Of a stretch of 45,034 nucleotides of DNA, positions 27,014 through 39,004 are shown one piece after another (position 1 is the first letter of the stretch; the number at the start of each line of letters is the position of its first letter). The notes under the pieces were generated by a model. That model made no database searches and had not been told where the DNA came from. It saw only the letters and a program-made list of their open reading frames with translations. The DNA comes from Protoeuglena noctilucae (Eukaryota), in contig OY253691.1 in NCBI GenBank assembly GCA_958009085.1, forward strand, positions 1-45,034. Reading direction: 5' to 3'. The position numbers were made by a program, and so were the translations under genes.

Positions 27014-30000
27014 ATAAGACGGAAACCTAGACAAACTCTTGAGGACAGTTTATGTAACTGAAATGTCTTTTTTTTGAAAAAAAAGAATTTCCTCTCATGG
27101 AAACCTTTTTGGTTTTTTCTGAAAAAATGAAAAAAGCGAATGGAACCATCTTACTAGCTAATCCTTGATTCAACCGAGATTTCGTTGTTAGTGGAGAAAG
27201 AACACGAAAGTCTATTTCAAACAAACAAGAATGAATTGAAAATTCAACCACAGAAGGTGAAAGTCCTGTATTGACTTGAAAAATAGAATTTCCAGAATTT
27301 CCAGATAAAGTGGAAAGAAAAAAGTACCACCTTTTAGGAAACGGGAAAAGAGTTTGATCCATAGTGCACTAGTACTGTGAAGGAAAGGTTGAAAGAATTT
27401 GAAACATACGAAATCTTCAAGCCAAGGATTTGTTTCTTTGTTTACCTAGTAACCTCTATTCACTTACCTATGCAAAGCATAGGTAAGTGAATAGAGGTTA
27501 CTAGGTAAACAAAGAAACGGAGTTCCTTTTGCATCATGAGCCAACGAGTTGTACTATGGCCCAAAGGTGTAATTGAAAACAAAAACGCAGGGAAAAAGTA
27601 CAGGCCCGAAACCAGGTGAGCTAACTTTTTCCAGAGATGAAACTTTTAACTAAAAGTGTAAGGCTCGAACCGGTGTCTGTGGCAATAGACTCGGAGGAGA
27701 GAAGGTTAGAGGTGAAATGCCAATCGAACCTGGTGATAGCTGGTTCTCGAAGAAACCTGTTTTGGCAGGCAGCTCTTCTACTTACTTATGCGTTCCTATG
27801 CTTTGCTAACCTATGTTTCACATAGGTTACTAAACAAAGTTTAGGTAAGGACAACATCATTCACCAACGGTGAATATAGGTAAGTAATTGGAAACTTAAC
27901 AAGTAAACTAAGTGTTCCATGCTTTTTTTTTGGTACATTCTCAAAGCTTAGCTTTGCGTTGGTAGAATAAAAAAAAAGATTTAGAGCATTCGGACTTAGG
28001 GCGCAAAGGTTCTAAGTCAAAAGGGAAAAAGCCCAAACATTCAGAAAAGGTCTTTAAGTCAAGAACTTCTTTTAGTTACCTGCCTAAACCTTTGGACAGG
28101 TAAGTAAAAGAAGAGTTTGATAGGAAAAAAAAATCATTTTTCATAAACTTTTCTTTTAACAAAACTAATGCTCTTTTTGTAGGCTTAGAAGCAGCCATCT
28201 TTTTTTACTTATATTTATAATAGTGTAAGTATACACATTTTGAGAAAGCGTAAAAGCTCGAGTGCATAAGAAAAATGATTTTGATCTATAAACGAGGCTA
28301 AATCTTGCACCTATTCTAATGCTTATCTATTTAGACTTGTTATCTATATGTAGATTCACTTACCTACGTATGCATTCCTTACTAACTTATGCTTCGCATA
28401 AGTAAGTGAAGACAGCATAGGTTGCTGCCTAAACCGAAGGTTTAGGCAGGCAAGTAAGTGAAGGATAGGTAACAGTACGGATAAGGGTATTCGAGCGTAG
28501 AGTAATAAGTTAATTCTGTGAAGAAATAAAAACTCTAGTGACTATGTTGGCACGAGTAGCGGAAACTGTAATATCAGCTTTATTTACTTAATTATTTCTA
28601 ACCTATGCTTTGTTTACCTAAACAAAGTTTAGGTAAGTAAGTAAATAATTGAGTAAAGGAATTAAGGTGATTCATGAACTTACAGGGCCGAATCCTCAAA
28701 GGTTTCTTTGCTCGGGTGTACCGCAGAGAGTTTATGGTCCCTAAGAAAAATTCTGAAAAGATAATTTGAGGGGTGTTCTTTCTTTTGCTTTTATTCTCGG
28801 TAACTCGTTTTGTTACCTCTCTTTGAGAGAGGTACCTTAAATTTCTTACTAACTTACTAACTTACCTATGCAAAGCATAGGTAAGTTAGTAAAAAAAAGA
28901 CTACAATTTTTAGGAATAAGTAGAATAAAAAAAGAGAAAGCAGGAAAAATAGTTTGCACCATACTAAAACCGACACAGGTGAGGAAGTAGAAATCTACTA
29001 AGGCTTGGGAAGACTCGAACATAAGGAACTCGGCAAAATACCACGGTATCTTCGGTAGAACGTGGGCCCATAAAAGGTTGAAAAAAATCGGAGAGGGCGA
29101 CTGTTTAACAAAAACATAGGTCTCTGCCACTGCGTAAGCATACGTATAGAGATTGATTCCTGCCCGGTGCTAATTCTGTACAAGAACAGGTTTTTGATAC
29201 TTTTACTTGCTAATTTATGCTTTGCTAACCTCTCTTTCAGAGAGGTTAGCAAAGCATAAGTAAGTTAGTAAAAGGCTTGAAATTCGAAGATTAGTAAACG
29301 GCGGCTGTATACCTGACGGTCCTAAGGTAGCGAAATTCCTAGACGCTTAATTGGCGTCCCGCATGAAAGGATTCACGATCCTCTCACTGTCTCATGTTCG
29401 AAGCCCGCGAAACTCCTTTCCCCGTGCAGAAGCGGGGATGTATCAGTTAGACGAGAAGACCCTAGTAGCTTTACAGGACCGGACCTTTATTTTCATTTTT
29501 CAATTGTGTAGATCATGTGGGATTGTTTTTATTTTGCTTTCTTTATTACTTACTTACCTTTCTTCCTATGCTTCGCATAGGACAAGAAAGGTAAGTAAGT
29601 TAACAAACAACATCTTGAAAAACCACTCAATGGAAGAATACAAATTAAGTGAAAAAAAAACAACAAAGGTCTTGAGACTGTTTGGTTGGGGCGACAACCT
29701 CCTAAAGAGTAACGGAGGTGTATGAAGACTTTTCTTAAATAGGGCACAGCCTATTTGCATTCGGGATTTCGAAAAAAAAGTTTGATTGGACAGAAAAACC
29801 TTTCTGCCAAGGGTGAAAGCCTATAAAACTGACCCAGAGCAAAGGAGTGGAACTTGCTCTGATCCACGGATCAAAGTTACACTAGGGATAACAGGCTAAT
29901 CAAGCTCTAGAGAAGCTATCGACGGCTTGGTTTGGCACCTCGATGTCGGCTCTTCGCTTCCTGGGGCTGTACAAGGTCCCAAGGGTTGGACTGTCCGTCC

Positions 30001-30084
30001 AGTAATGCGGAACGTGAGCTGGGTTCAATACGACGTGAGTCAGTATGGATTCTATCTGCTGATACGGTAATTTTTCATGGAAAA
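27014..30084 (+). rRNA. rnl: LSU rRNA, main fragment up to the end of domain V (ends approximate)
   Basis: agtactgtgaaggaaag, cccgaaaccaggtgagcta, cctaaggtagcgaaattcct, gggataacaggct, cacctcgatgtcggctc; no sarcin-ricin loop here. Confidence 0.9.
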
Positions 30085-30447
30085 ATTTCTTTAGGCAATA
30101 AAAAGCCATAAGATAACTAACTAATTATTATTACCATTTTTTTTTTTACAGATTTTTCTTGTTTTTGTTACCTTTCTTGTCCTATGCTCTATTCACCTGC
30201 CTTACCTCTAATCACTTACCTATGCGAAGCATAGGTAAGTGAATGATGTTTCACATAGGTAGGCTGCTATGCTTCGCATAGGTTAGTGAATAGAGCATAG
30301 GACAAGAAAGGTAAGTAAGGAAATACTGATCTCTAAATAAATCCTGTTCCTTTTTTCAAAGAAAAAATGAAAAAGATTAATCTTGAAACACTACTTAGGT
30401 ATCAAGTCTCAGTTACAAATAACAAATATCAAGATTTCTGAAAAATT

Positions 30448-30519
30448 GCGGCTATAGATTAAGGGTTAGATCCTGTGCCTTCCAAGCATAAGATGTGGGT
30501 TCGAATCCCACTAGCCGCT
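30448..30519 (+). tRNA. trnG: tRNA-Gly(UCC)
   Basis: Acceptor gcggcta/tagccgc, loop ct-TCC-aa. Confidence 0.92.
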
Positions 30520-30779
30520 TTTTTCTGACATTATATTATATATTATGTACTTAGTTATTTACCTTTCTTTCAGAAAGGTAAGTAAGTTAGTTAGTAACGA
30601 ATCATTCACCAACGGTGATTATAGAGAGATTAATTCAATAACTAAATCCGACAGATAAATCCAATAATTTTTGAATTATCTATTTCATTGTTACATTCAG
30701 AAAAAGAGGAGTGAAATCTATCATTCACTTACTTATGCTTCGCATAAGTAAGTGAATATAGCTAAAAAAGGTGGCAAAA

Positions 30780-30852
30780 GAGAGAATAGCTTAGGTGGTA
30801 GAGTTCTAGATTCCAAATTTAGCGGTCGTGGGTTCAAATCCTACTTCTCTCG
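30780..30852 (+). tRNA. trnW: tRNA-Trp(CCA)
   Basis: Acceptor gagagaa/ttctctc, loop tt-CCA-aa. Confidence 0.9.
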
Positions 30853-30854
30853 AA

Positions 30855-30925
30855 GGCAGAAAAAGGAATGGTTCCTTGCCGGGCTCATCCCCCGGACCTT
30901 GTTGGTTCGAATCCAACTTCTGCCC
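30855..30925 (+). tRNA. trnM: tRNA-Met(CAU), atypical
   Basis: Stem ccggg/cccgg, loop ct-CAT-cc, acceptor ggcagaa/ttctgcc, short D-loop. Confidence 0.85.
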
Positions 30926-31133
30926 TCTTCGAGTACTTCGTGCTCTTCGAGTACTTAACCCTCTTCTTACTGATTTACTTACCTCTCTTTCAGAGAGGTA
31001 AGTTAGTAAGTATGCTGTTAGTAACCTCTATTCACTAACTAACCTATGCTGTTCTATGCGAGGCATAGGAGTTGTTCTATGCGAGGCATAGGAGTGCATA
31101 GGTTACTAAAAATAGAGTTAATTAAATCAAAAA

Positions 31134-31487
31134 ATGCTCGAATCTCTAGGAGCTCTGACAACTCTTTTTCTGAGAACCCTTCTTTCTCTAGTACTGATGA
31201 CAGTAAGTTTTCTTACCTCTTCACGAGCTCTGGATGTAGAAAAAAGATCTGCTTATGAGTGTGGATTTGACCCGTTTGATAAACTCGGTCATCCATTTGA
31301 AATTCGATTTTACCTGGTGGCCATTCTGTTTCTGATTTTTGATCTTGAAATTTCTTTTCTTTTTCCATGGAGAATGGTATATCAAAATCTCGGTTCTCTG
31401 GGTTTTTGGTCTATGAGAAGATTTCTGGCCATTCTAACTGTAGGATTTTATATTGAATGGAAGGAAGGAGCACTTGATTGGCAATAA
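31134..31487 (+). CDS. nad3: NADH dehydrogenase subunit 3
   Basis: SAYECGFDPF, FYLVAILFLIFDLEI, GALDW. Confidence 0.95.
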   Translation: MLESLGALTTLFLRTLLSLVLMTVSFLTSSRALDVEKRSAYECGFDPFDKLGHPFEIRFYLVAILFLIFDLEISFLFPWRMVYQNLGSLGFWSMRRFLAILTVGFYIEWKEGALDWQ

Positions 31488-31827
31488 CTGGTATTTCTTT
31501 TCTTACCTCTAATCACTTACTTACTTATGCTTTGCATAAGTTAGCGAAGCATAAGTAACTAAACCGAAGGTTTCATTCACTTACTAACTAACTTACTTAC
31601 CTATGCAAAGCATAGGTAAGTTAGCAAAGCATAGCTACCTAAACCTTCGGTTTAGGTAGGTAAGTTAGTGATTAGAGGTTGCTATGCATTCGTATGCGAA
31701 GCATCATTCACTTACCTATGCTTTGCATAGGTTAGTGATTATAGGTAGGTGAGTAAATCAACACTTGATTCACTATCTTTTTTTTTTCATTATTTATCTG
31801 GTAGATAATCAACAAAAAAGTATTAAA

Positions 31828-31980
31828 ATGCCTCAACTAGATATTATGAGTTTTATGCCACTTTGGTGGAGAAGAAGAGTAGCTACAGTACTAAATTATC
31901 AAACCGTGATTCAAATTTTTCTCCCTTTCTCAATTCGGTCAAAAAAAGTTCGTAATATTTTTAGTACCTCTAGAAAATAG
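31828..31980 (+). CDS. atp8: ATP synthase subunit 8
   Basis: N-terminal MPQLD; the apparent RRR becomes a hydrophobic AAA under AGA=Ala. Confidence 0.88.
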   Translation: MPQLDIMSFMPLWWRRRVATVLNYQTVIQIFLPFSIRSKKVRNIFSTSRK

Positions 31981-32057
31981 CATTCACTAACTAACTTACT
32001 TACCTATGCTTTGCATAGGTAAGTAAGTTAGTTAGTAAATAGAGGTAACCAAACGAA

Positions 32058-33230
32058 ATGACGGTTCTAACGAATCCAACACAAAGTCCAATTTTTAACG
32101 AACCGGGCTTTAAGCTACTACGCGAGCATCTGGTGGATTATCCTACAGGTGAAAACCTCAATGATCTTTGGGGATTTGGAAGTCTAGCTGGAATTTGCCT
32201 TGTAATTCAAATTTTTACTGGAATTTTTCTAAGAATGCACTATCCCGCATCTACAACTCTAGCTTTTGAGGCGGTGGAGCAGCACATTATGCGAGATGTG
32301 AGTTATGGTTGGCTTCTTCGTTATTTTCATGCTAACGGAGCCAGTTTTTTTTTCATTGTAGTTTACAGACACATGTTTCGAGCTTTTCTGTTTTCTAGCT
32401 ATACTGCTCCGCGAGAACTTGTATGGCTATCAGGAATTGCACTTCTTCTTGTCATGATTATTACCGCTTTTCTTGGCTATGTGCTTCCATGGGGACAAAT
32501 GAGTTTTTGGGGAGCGACAGTAATTACTAGCCTAGCTAGTGCCATTCCTCTAGCCGGTCAATCCATTGTCGAGTGGCTATGGGGAGGATTTTCTGTTGAT
32601 AATGCTACACTGAATCGATTTTTCAGACTTCATTTTGTTCTTCCATTTAGAATTGCTGGTCTAGCTATTCTTCACCTTGCCGCTCTTCACCAATATGGAT
32701 CCACCAATCCGCTTGGTACTATTGTGGAAAGAAGAAAAGTAACTCTTTATCCTTATTATTATGTAAAAGATCTGGTAGCTTGGATTAGATTTAGAATGGC
32801 TTTTAGTTATTTTGTGTTCTTCGAACCAAATGCAATGGGCCACCCGGATAATTCAATTCCTGCGAATCCTCTTTCAACTCCAGCACATATTCAACCCGAA
32901 TGGTATTTTCTTCCTGTGTATGCCATCCTACGAAGTCTTCCTGACAAACTTGGAGGGGTAGTTAGAATTGCTAGGGTTTTTGCTAGTATGAGATTTCTTC
33001 CTTTTGATCAAGTTGGAGTGTTTCGTTTTGGAGGATTCCGAATTTATCATAAAAGACTATTTAGAAGATTTGTTGGAACTTGTGTATTTCTGGGATGGAT
33101 TGGTGCCAAACCTGTGGAAAGTCCTTTTGTAGAATTTGGCCAACTTTCTGGTAGACTCTTCTTTCTGTATTTCCCTCTTCAAATGAAAATGGCTCAACTT
33201 GAACGAGAATATCAAGAATCTCTGGTTTTA
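32058..33230 (+). CDS. cob: Apocytochrome b (TTA stop)
   Basis: [32 protein letters not shown]. Confidence 0.96.
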
Positions 33231-33426
33231 CTTACCTCTATTTACTTACTTACCTACCTAAACCTTCGGTTTAGGTTGCTATGATTTGTTAACCTCTATT
33301 CACCGCTGGTGAATGAAACTTTGTTTAGGTAAGTAAGTAAGTTAGTGAATAGAGGTAAGTACAAGCTATACAAGTAAAATAGCAACCTAAACCAAAGGTT
33401 TAGGTAGTATGGTATTTAAAAAAAAT

Positions 33427-33498
33427 GGTGTTCATAGCTTAACGGTAAAGCATCGGATTGTGGATCCGGCGAAAAGAGTTCAAGTCTCTTTGGGCGCC
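33427..33498 (+). tRNA. trnH: tRNA-His(GUG)
   Basis: Loop tt-GTG-ga, encoded G-1 with C73. Confidence 0.9.
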
Positions 33499-33672
33499 CT
33501 GGTTACCTCTATTCACCTACCTAAACCTTCGGTTTAGGTTGTTATGCTGTCCTTACTTACCTATGTTTCACATAGGTAACTAAACTTTGTTTAGGTTAGC
33601 GAAGCATTTACCTCTCTGAAAGAGCATTCACCAGCGGTGATTATAGGTAAGTAAGTTAGTGAATAATCTATC

Positions 33673-34962
33673 ATGACTTTTGTATTTTCATTTTCAGAAT
33701 ATTTTCTCAGTGTGAGAGCCATGTATCTTCTTTTTTCTAGCGAATCTCGCGATTCTTACAATCTCTCGAAACAAAGAAGGATTTATAGAAGAAGAAGAAG
33801 CTTTCTAAGTCTTCTTGATCTTAGAAATAGGGCTTGTGTTACAAGTCTGCTTCGCACAAGAATGGCCAGAAGAGCAAGATGGATTCTGTTCCTCCATGCA
33901 TCAACTGCCAAAACCAAAGATCGATCATTTAGATTTCTGATTCTAAGAAGCACCAGAGCATCCATGTTTATGCTTCGAACAGAAAGTCTTCTATCTATTT
34001 ATCTAAGAATTGAACTTCAAAGAATCTGTAGATATGTTCTTAGAAGACGAGAAAATCAAAGAGCTGTGGAAGCAAGGCTAAAATATCTAATTCTCGGAGC
34101 ATTTAGATCCGGAATTCTTCTGTTTGGTCTAGCACTCATTTATAGAAGATCAGGGACGCTTCGTATTGGCTGCTTCGCAACAACTATTTATGAAAGTGAA
34201 CTTTTTACCGCTGGAATGACTCTTCTAAGAAGAGGTCTTTTTTTCAAAGCTGGAAGAAGACCATTTCATTTTTGGGTTCCAGACGTATATCAAGGGATTC
34301 CTACTCTTTCAAGAGCCTATTTTAGAACTGTAAGCAAAAGAAGAATGCTAGGTCTTCTGCTTATTCTTCCAATTTCAACAACAAGAATCTGGAGAGTGAG
34401 AAGAAGATCAATGCTTCTAGGAGTGCTTGGAGCTATTCCTCAATTTCATCTGAAACGTCTGTATAGATACAGTTCGATTGCACAAGTTGGATATATCTGT
34501 CTTGGCCTACTATCTGTAGAAAAAATGAGTGGAGTTAGAACCAGAGCTACCGCAGGCGTAATTAGATATCTTCTCATTTATATTAGAACGACTCTTCACA
34601 GATTTAGCGTGTTTGCCGTTCCTTCGTATACCACATTTGCTCATATGCAAGAATCTTCTTATGTTGGTATGAAAGTTCAAATGAGACTAGTCTTTTTTTC
34701 TCTTGCGGGAATTCCCCCTCTTCTAGGATTTAGGGCCAAAGCCAGAGTTCTTCAAAATGCAAGTTATGTAGGAGAAATGAGAAGAGTGAGGCTAGCCCTT
34801 CTGGCGAGTAGTATTGGAGTATTTTATAGTCTCAAAATGATTCAAACCATGTTTTACAGGCCGGTTTCTAAAACTATGAGAAGAGAAATCCCAAGAGTTC
34901 AAAGAACTTTTCTTTGCAGACCTGTGATTTTTCTAACAACTGGCCTATTTGGTCTTATCTTA
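33673..34962 (+). CDS. nad2: NADH dehydrogenase subunit 2 (TTA stop)
   Basis: EA(AGG)LKYLILG, PFHFWVPDVYQG, YSSIAQVGY, FSLAGIPPLLGF. Confidence 0.92.
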
Positions 34963-35357
34963 GAAAGTCTTCATTTGATTGTATTTTGGTTTTTACCTCT
35001 ATTCACCGCTGGTGAATGAAACTTTGTTTAGGTCAATATTATTTTTTTTTACCTAAACTTTGTTTCATTCACTAATTTACTTACCTATGCTTTGCATAGG
35101 TAAGTAAGTTAGTGATTAGAGGTAAAGAGCTGAACGTGTATTTTATTCTTTTTTACATTCTGGTAAAAGTCATACTAACTTATGCTGTCCTTACCTATGT
35201 GAAACATAATTCACCAGCGGTGATTATAGGTAAGGAATGCATAAGTTAGTAATAAAATGCACTTGCTTTTTACATCATAGAAAATAAATTTTCATTCACT
35301 TACTAACTTACTTACCTTTCTTTCAGAAAGGTAAGTAAGTTAGTGAATAGAGGCCAA

Positions 35358-35430
35358 CAGAACGTAGCGCAGTTGGAAGCGCGTTAGCTTTGGGAGCTAA
35401 AGGTCGTAGGTTCAAACCCTACCGTTTTGA
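35358..35430 (+). tRNA. trnP: tRNA-Pro(UGG)
   Basis: Acceptor cagaacg/cgttttg, loop tt-TGG-ga. Confidence 0.92.
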
Positions 35431-35436
35431 GATCGA

Positions 35437-37195
35437 AAACAAATGGTTTTGTCCTGGCTACGGAAGAAAGCGTGTCTGAAGCTTTACACATGCGAGTTAT
35501 TCTTTCAACGAATGAAAGAAAGCGTACGGGTGAGTAAGAAAAAGAGATAAGAAGTTTTATCTAGACATCTTGTTTAGGTAAAAAAAAATAAGGATTGAAT
35601 TGGTAAACCAATAATAATTGAAAAGACAGAATTTCTTTTACTTAAACTTTGTTTAAGTAACTAAAATGTTGTATTCTTCTTTTTTCTTTTTCGGTATTAG
35701 GAAACTTTATTGTTATATGCTGTCCTTACCTATGTTTGACATAGGTAACTAAACTTCGTTTAGGTTAGGAATGCATAGGAAGCAACATAAAGAACCAATG
35801 ATGCCAAGCAGGCTTGAAAGAGTGACCTGTCACATCGGGAATGAAAAGGACCCGAACTTCGCAGAAGGCAGCAGTGGGGAATCTTGGGCTATGGGCGTTT
35901 ACGCTTGACTCAGCGAACAGACTTGATGGGGACGGTATGAAACTGTTAACATCTGAACTAGCTGTTCAGAAAATTTTGTTACTTACTTATGCTTCGTTAA
36001 CCTAAACTTTGTTTAGCAATGCTTCGCATTGGTAAGTAACAAAATTTTCTAAGCGGTTAAATATAGTCCTGGCCAAAACTCGTGCCAGCAGCCGCGGTAA
36101 TACGGGTGGGGCAAGCTTTTTCCATAAGAAATCGGTGTTAAGCAGGGAAAGACGGGAGTTGCATAAGCAGTAGAATAAAGTTTTTGAAAATGCAAAAAGC
36201 TTCTTTTGTTGGCAACTCCTAGAGTCAAAGAGATGTTTTTGGAACTCTCACAGAAAGGATACAATCTGACGATTGTGGGAAGAAGGCCGGAATCGAAAGA
36301 GAAATTCAAACTTTGAACTGACGTTGATTCCTGAAAGCGTGGGAAGCAAAACGGATTAGAGACCCGTGTAGTCCACGCCCTCAACTATAGAGGCCCTAGC
36401 GTAGGAAAAAAACTTCTATGCAGTCTTTTACGAAGAGTCTCTCACCAGCAAACTACTCTCGCAAGAGAAAAATGCAAAGGACTTGGCGGGATTCCTCACA
36501 GTCGGTGGACGATGCTCTTTAATCGGAGACAACGCCGAGAACCTTACCACTTCTTGAATAATTGTTTTATCTACCTATGCCATGCATAGGTAGGTACACA
36601 GAGATATAATTACAGGTACTACATGGCCACCACAAGCTCGTGCGGCAACGTGTCAGGTTTATTCCTCGGAACGAGCGAACCGCTTTTTTTCTGATATCTT
36701 TTTTCATATCAGAAAACACATCTTTATAACCAAAAAAGAGGAAGAAAGTCGGAGGGTAGGTCGTCACGATCCTTATGAAGTGGGCTAGAGGCGTCGGACA
36801 GTGATAAGGACACAAGACTCTTGTTATTGACTTTTTTTTACCTATGCATTCCTTACTAACTTATGCTTCGCATAAGTTAGTAAGGACAGCATAGGTAAAT
36901 AAATGAGTAAAACAAAAAACGAGAATTCTTTAAAGCTTATCCCGGTACGGATCACTCTCTGAAACTTGGGAGTGTGAAGGTGGAATCGTAAGTAAACGGA
37001 GAAAAGTACGCTCGGTTGAACAGGTTCTGGGAGTCTGCACACACCGCCCATCACGGGCTGGAAAATTACATGGCTGGAAGATATTTCTCGATTTTTCTTT
37101 TTGTTTAAGAAGAAAAGTCGGGCTATCGAATTCTATGGATTGACTGGTCCTAAGTTGTAACAAGGTAGTCGTAGGGGAACCTGCGGCTGGAAGGA
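35437..37195 (+). rRNA. rns: SSU rRNA (ends approximate)
   Basis: tcctggct, acacatgc, gtgccagcagccgcggtaatac, cacacaccgccc, gtaacaaggtag..gaacctgcggctgga. Confidence 0.93.
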
Positions 37196-37363
37196 AAAAT
37201 TAGATCAATTCTGAACTTTCTCACCTCTATTTATTTACCTCTAATCACTAACTTACCTGCCTAAACCTTCGGTTTAGGCAGGTAAGTTAGTGATTAGAAG
37301 TACGATTTTGGTTTTATGTTTCAGAAACGGTGAATTTGTGTGTGTTTTTTTTAACGAAAAATT

Positions 37364-37435
37364 GGGGATTTAGTTTAGTGGTAGAATGCTAATTTTGCAA
37401 GTTAGATGTCATTGGTTCAATTCCAATAATCTCCA
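37364..37435 (+). tRNA. trnA: tRNA-Ala(UGC)
   Basis: Acceptor ggggatt/aatctcc with G3:U70, loop tt-TGC-aa. Confidence 0.92.
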
Positions 37436-37690
37436 AAAATTTTTTTAAATTTAGGAATTATTTTCCGCCATTCAATTCTGTGCTTACCTCTATTCACTAA
37501 CTTACCTACCTAAACCGAAGGTTTAGGTAGGTAAGTTAGTGAATAGAGCAACCTATGCTGTCCTTACTTACTTATGCGAAGCATAAGTAAGTAAGGAATA
37601 CATAGGTAGGTAACGGAAAGAAAGGTTAACGAAACATGGCTAAAATTTGTTTCATTCACCAGCGGTGAATAGAGCTAAGTACTATTTCTA

Positions 37691-39004
37691 ATGTTTAACA
37701 GAACAGAACAATTTCAACTGATTCATATTCTTCCTATTTATAAAGATTCTCTAGATCTTTCAATTACAAACAGACTAGTTTATCTAATTAGAACCGCTAG
37801 AATTCTACGATTTTTTCTGCCAAAGCAAAATACGATTCTTCCCTCTTCAGCCAATCTAAGACTGGAACAAATTAGATCTTTTATTCAAGGAATGACAGAA
37901 GATCAACTGGGAAAAGAGAAATCAAGACCATTTGTTCCACTTGTACTTACAGTTTTCCTAATGCTTCTTGGAAGAAATCTACTAGGAATGATTCCTAATA
38001 CTTTTCCTTTCATTCTGAGAATTAGAAGATATCTAAGAAGAACTAATCTATTTCACTGGTTTTTTCGTTTCGGTTTCGGAGGTCTTGTTCCTAGGTCAAA
38101 TCAAAACCTTATGAAATCAGAAAATCAACAAATTCAAAGCTGGAATTTTTTTCCAGAAAATTTTAGCTCAAGGTTTGAAGCGACTATGATTTGGATTCAA
38201 CTTCAATTCCAAACAGTAAGACCGAAAGCTACTCTTTCGTCTCTCTATTCACCGCTGGTGAATGGAGGTCAAACAATTCATAGACTTCCTGTAGGGAAAT
38301 CTGTGAGTACGTCGTCCTATGCTACGCATAGGAAACTAAGAGAAACAAACCATAGCGCAACCACTGCTTTTGTAAATGCTATGGAATATCCTCATAAAGA
38401 AAAACTTTCTTACCTCTCTTTCGGAGAGGTAACTACTTCGAGTTATCTTGGCATGAAATCTTCAACAAAAAAAAACTCGTGGAATATTAAATCAGTAAGC
38501 GATTTCAAAGCTTATAGAGTTCAAAGATCTCTTTTTTTTGTAAGACTTGGTTTTTTTAGCACTGCTCCTAGAAGGTTTACTCCAACAAGCCATCTTAGAT
38601 TTACTTTTAGGATTTCTAGTTCACTGTTTGTGGGTCTAATTTATTATAGCCTTGAACGTCATGGTCTTCACTTCTTTTCTCTATTTTTTCCAACCGGAAT
38701 TCCATTTGCACTTGCTCCTTTTATTGTAATGCTGGAAAGAATTTCATTTTTTTTTCGACCAGTCAGTCTGGGGATTCGACTTAGAGCTAACATGACAGCG
38801 GGTCATATTCTACTACATACTCTAAGAGGATTTGTGGGGCAGTTTCTTGGAAGAAAAGGAATCATCTTCTGTATTCTAGGGAGAAGAGGAGGGAGAATTC
38901 TAGAAGGAGTTTTCCTACTTGAAACAGGGGTGTGTTTTCTACAGGCTTATGTATTTACCGTACTGTTCACTATTTATCTAAAAGATGCAGAAGTTCTTCA
39001 CTAG
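37691..39004 (+). CDS. atp6: ATP synthase subunit a (6) with ~190-codon in-frame insertion
   Basis: NLLGMIP...FTPTSH, RPVSLGIRL(AGA)ANMTAGH, LQAYVF. Confidence 0.92.
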   Translation: MFNRTEQFQLIHILPIYKDSLDLSITNRLVYLIRTARILRFFLPKQNTILPSSANLRLEQIRSFIQGMTEDQLGKEKSRPFVPLVLTVFLMLLGRNLLGMIPNTFPFILRIRRYLRRTNLFHWFFRFGFGGLVPRSNQNLMKSENQQIQSWNFFPENFSSRFEATMIWIQLQFQTVRPKATLSSLYSPLVNGGQTIHRLPVGKSVSTSSYATHRKLRETNHSATTAFVNAMEYPHKEKLSYLSFGEVTTSSYLGMKSSTKKNSWNIKSVSDFKAYRVQRSLFFVRLGFFSTAPRRFTPTSHLRFTFRISSSLFVGLIYYSLERHGLHFFSLFFPTGIPFALAPFIVMLERISFFFRPVSLGIRLRANMTAGHILLHTLRGFVGQFLGRKGIIFCILGRRGGRILEGVFLLETGVCFLQAYVFTVLFTIYLKDAEVLH

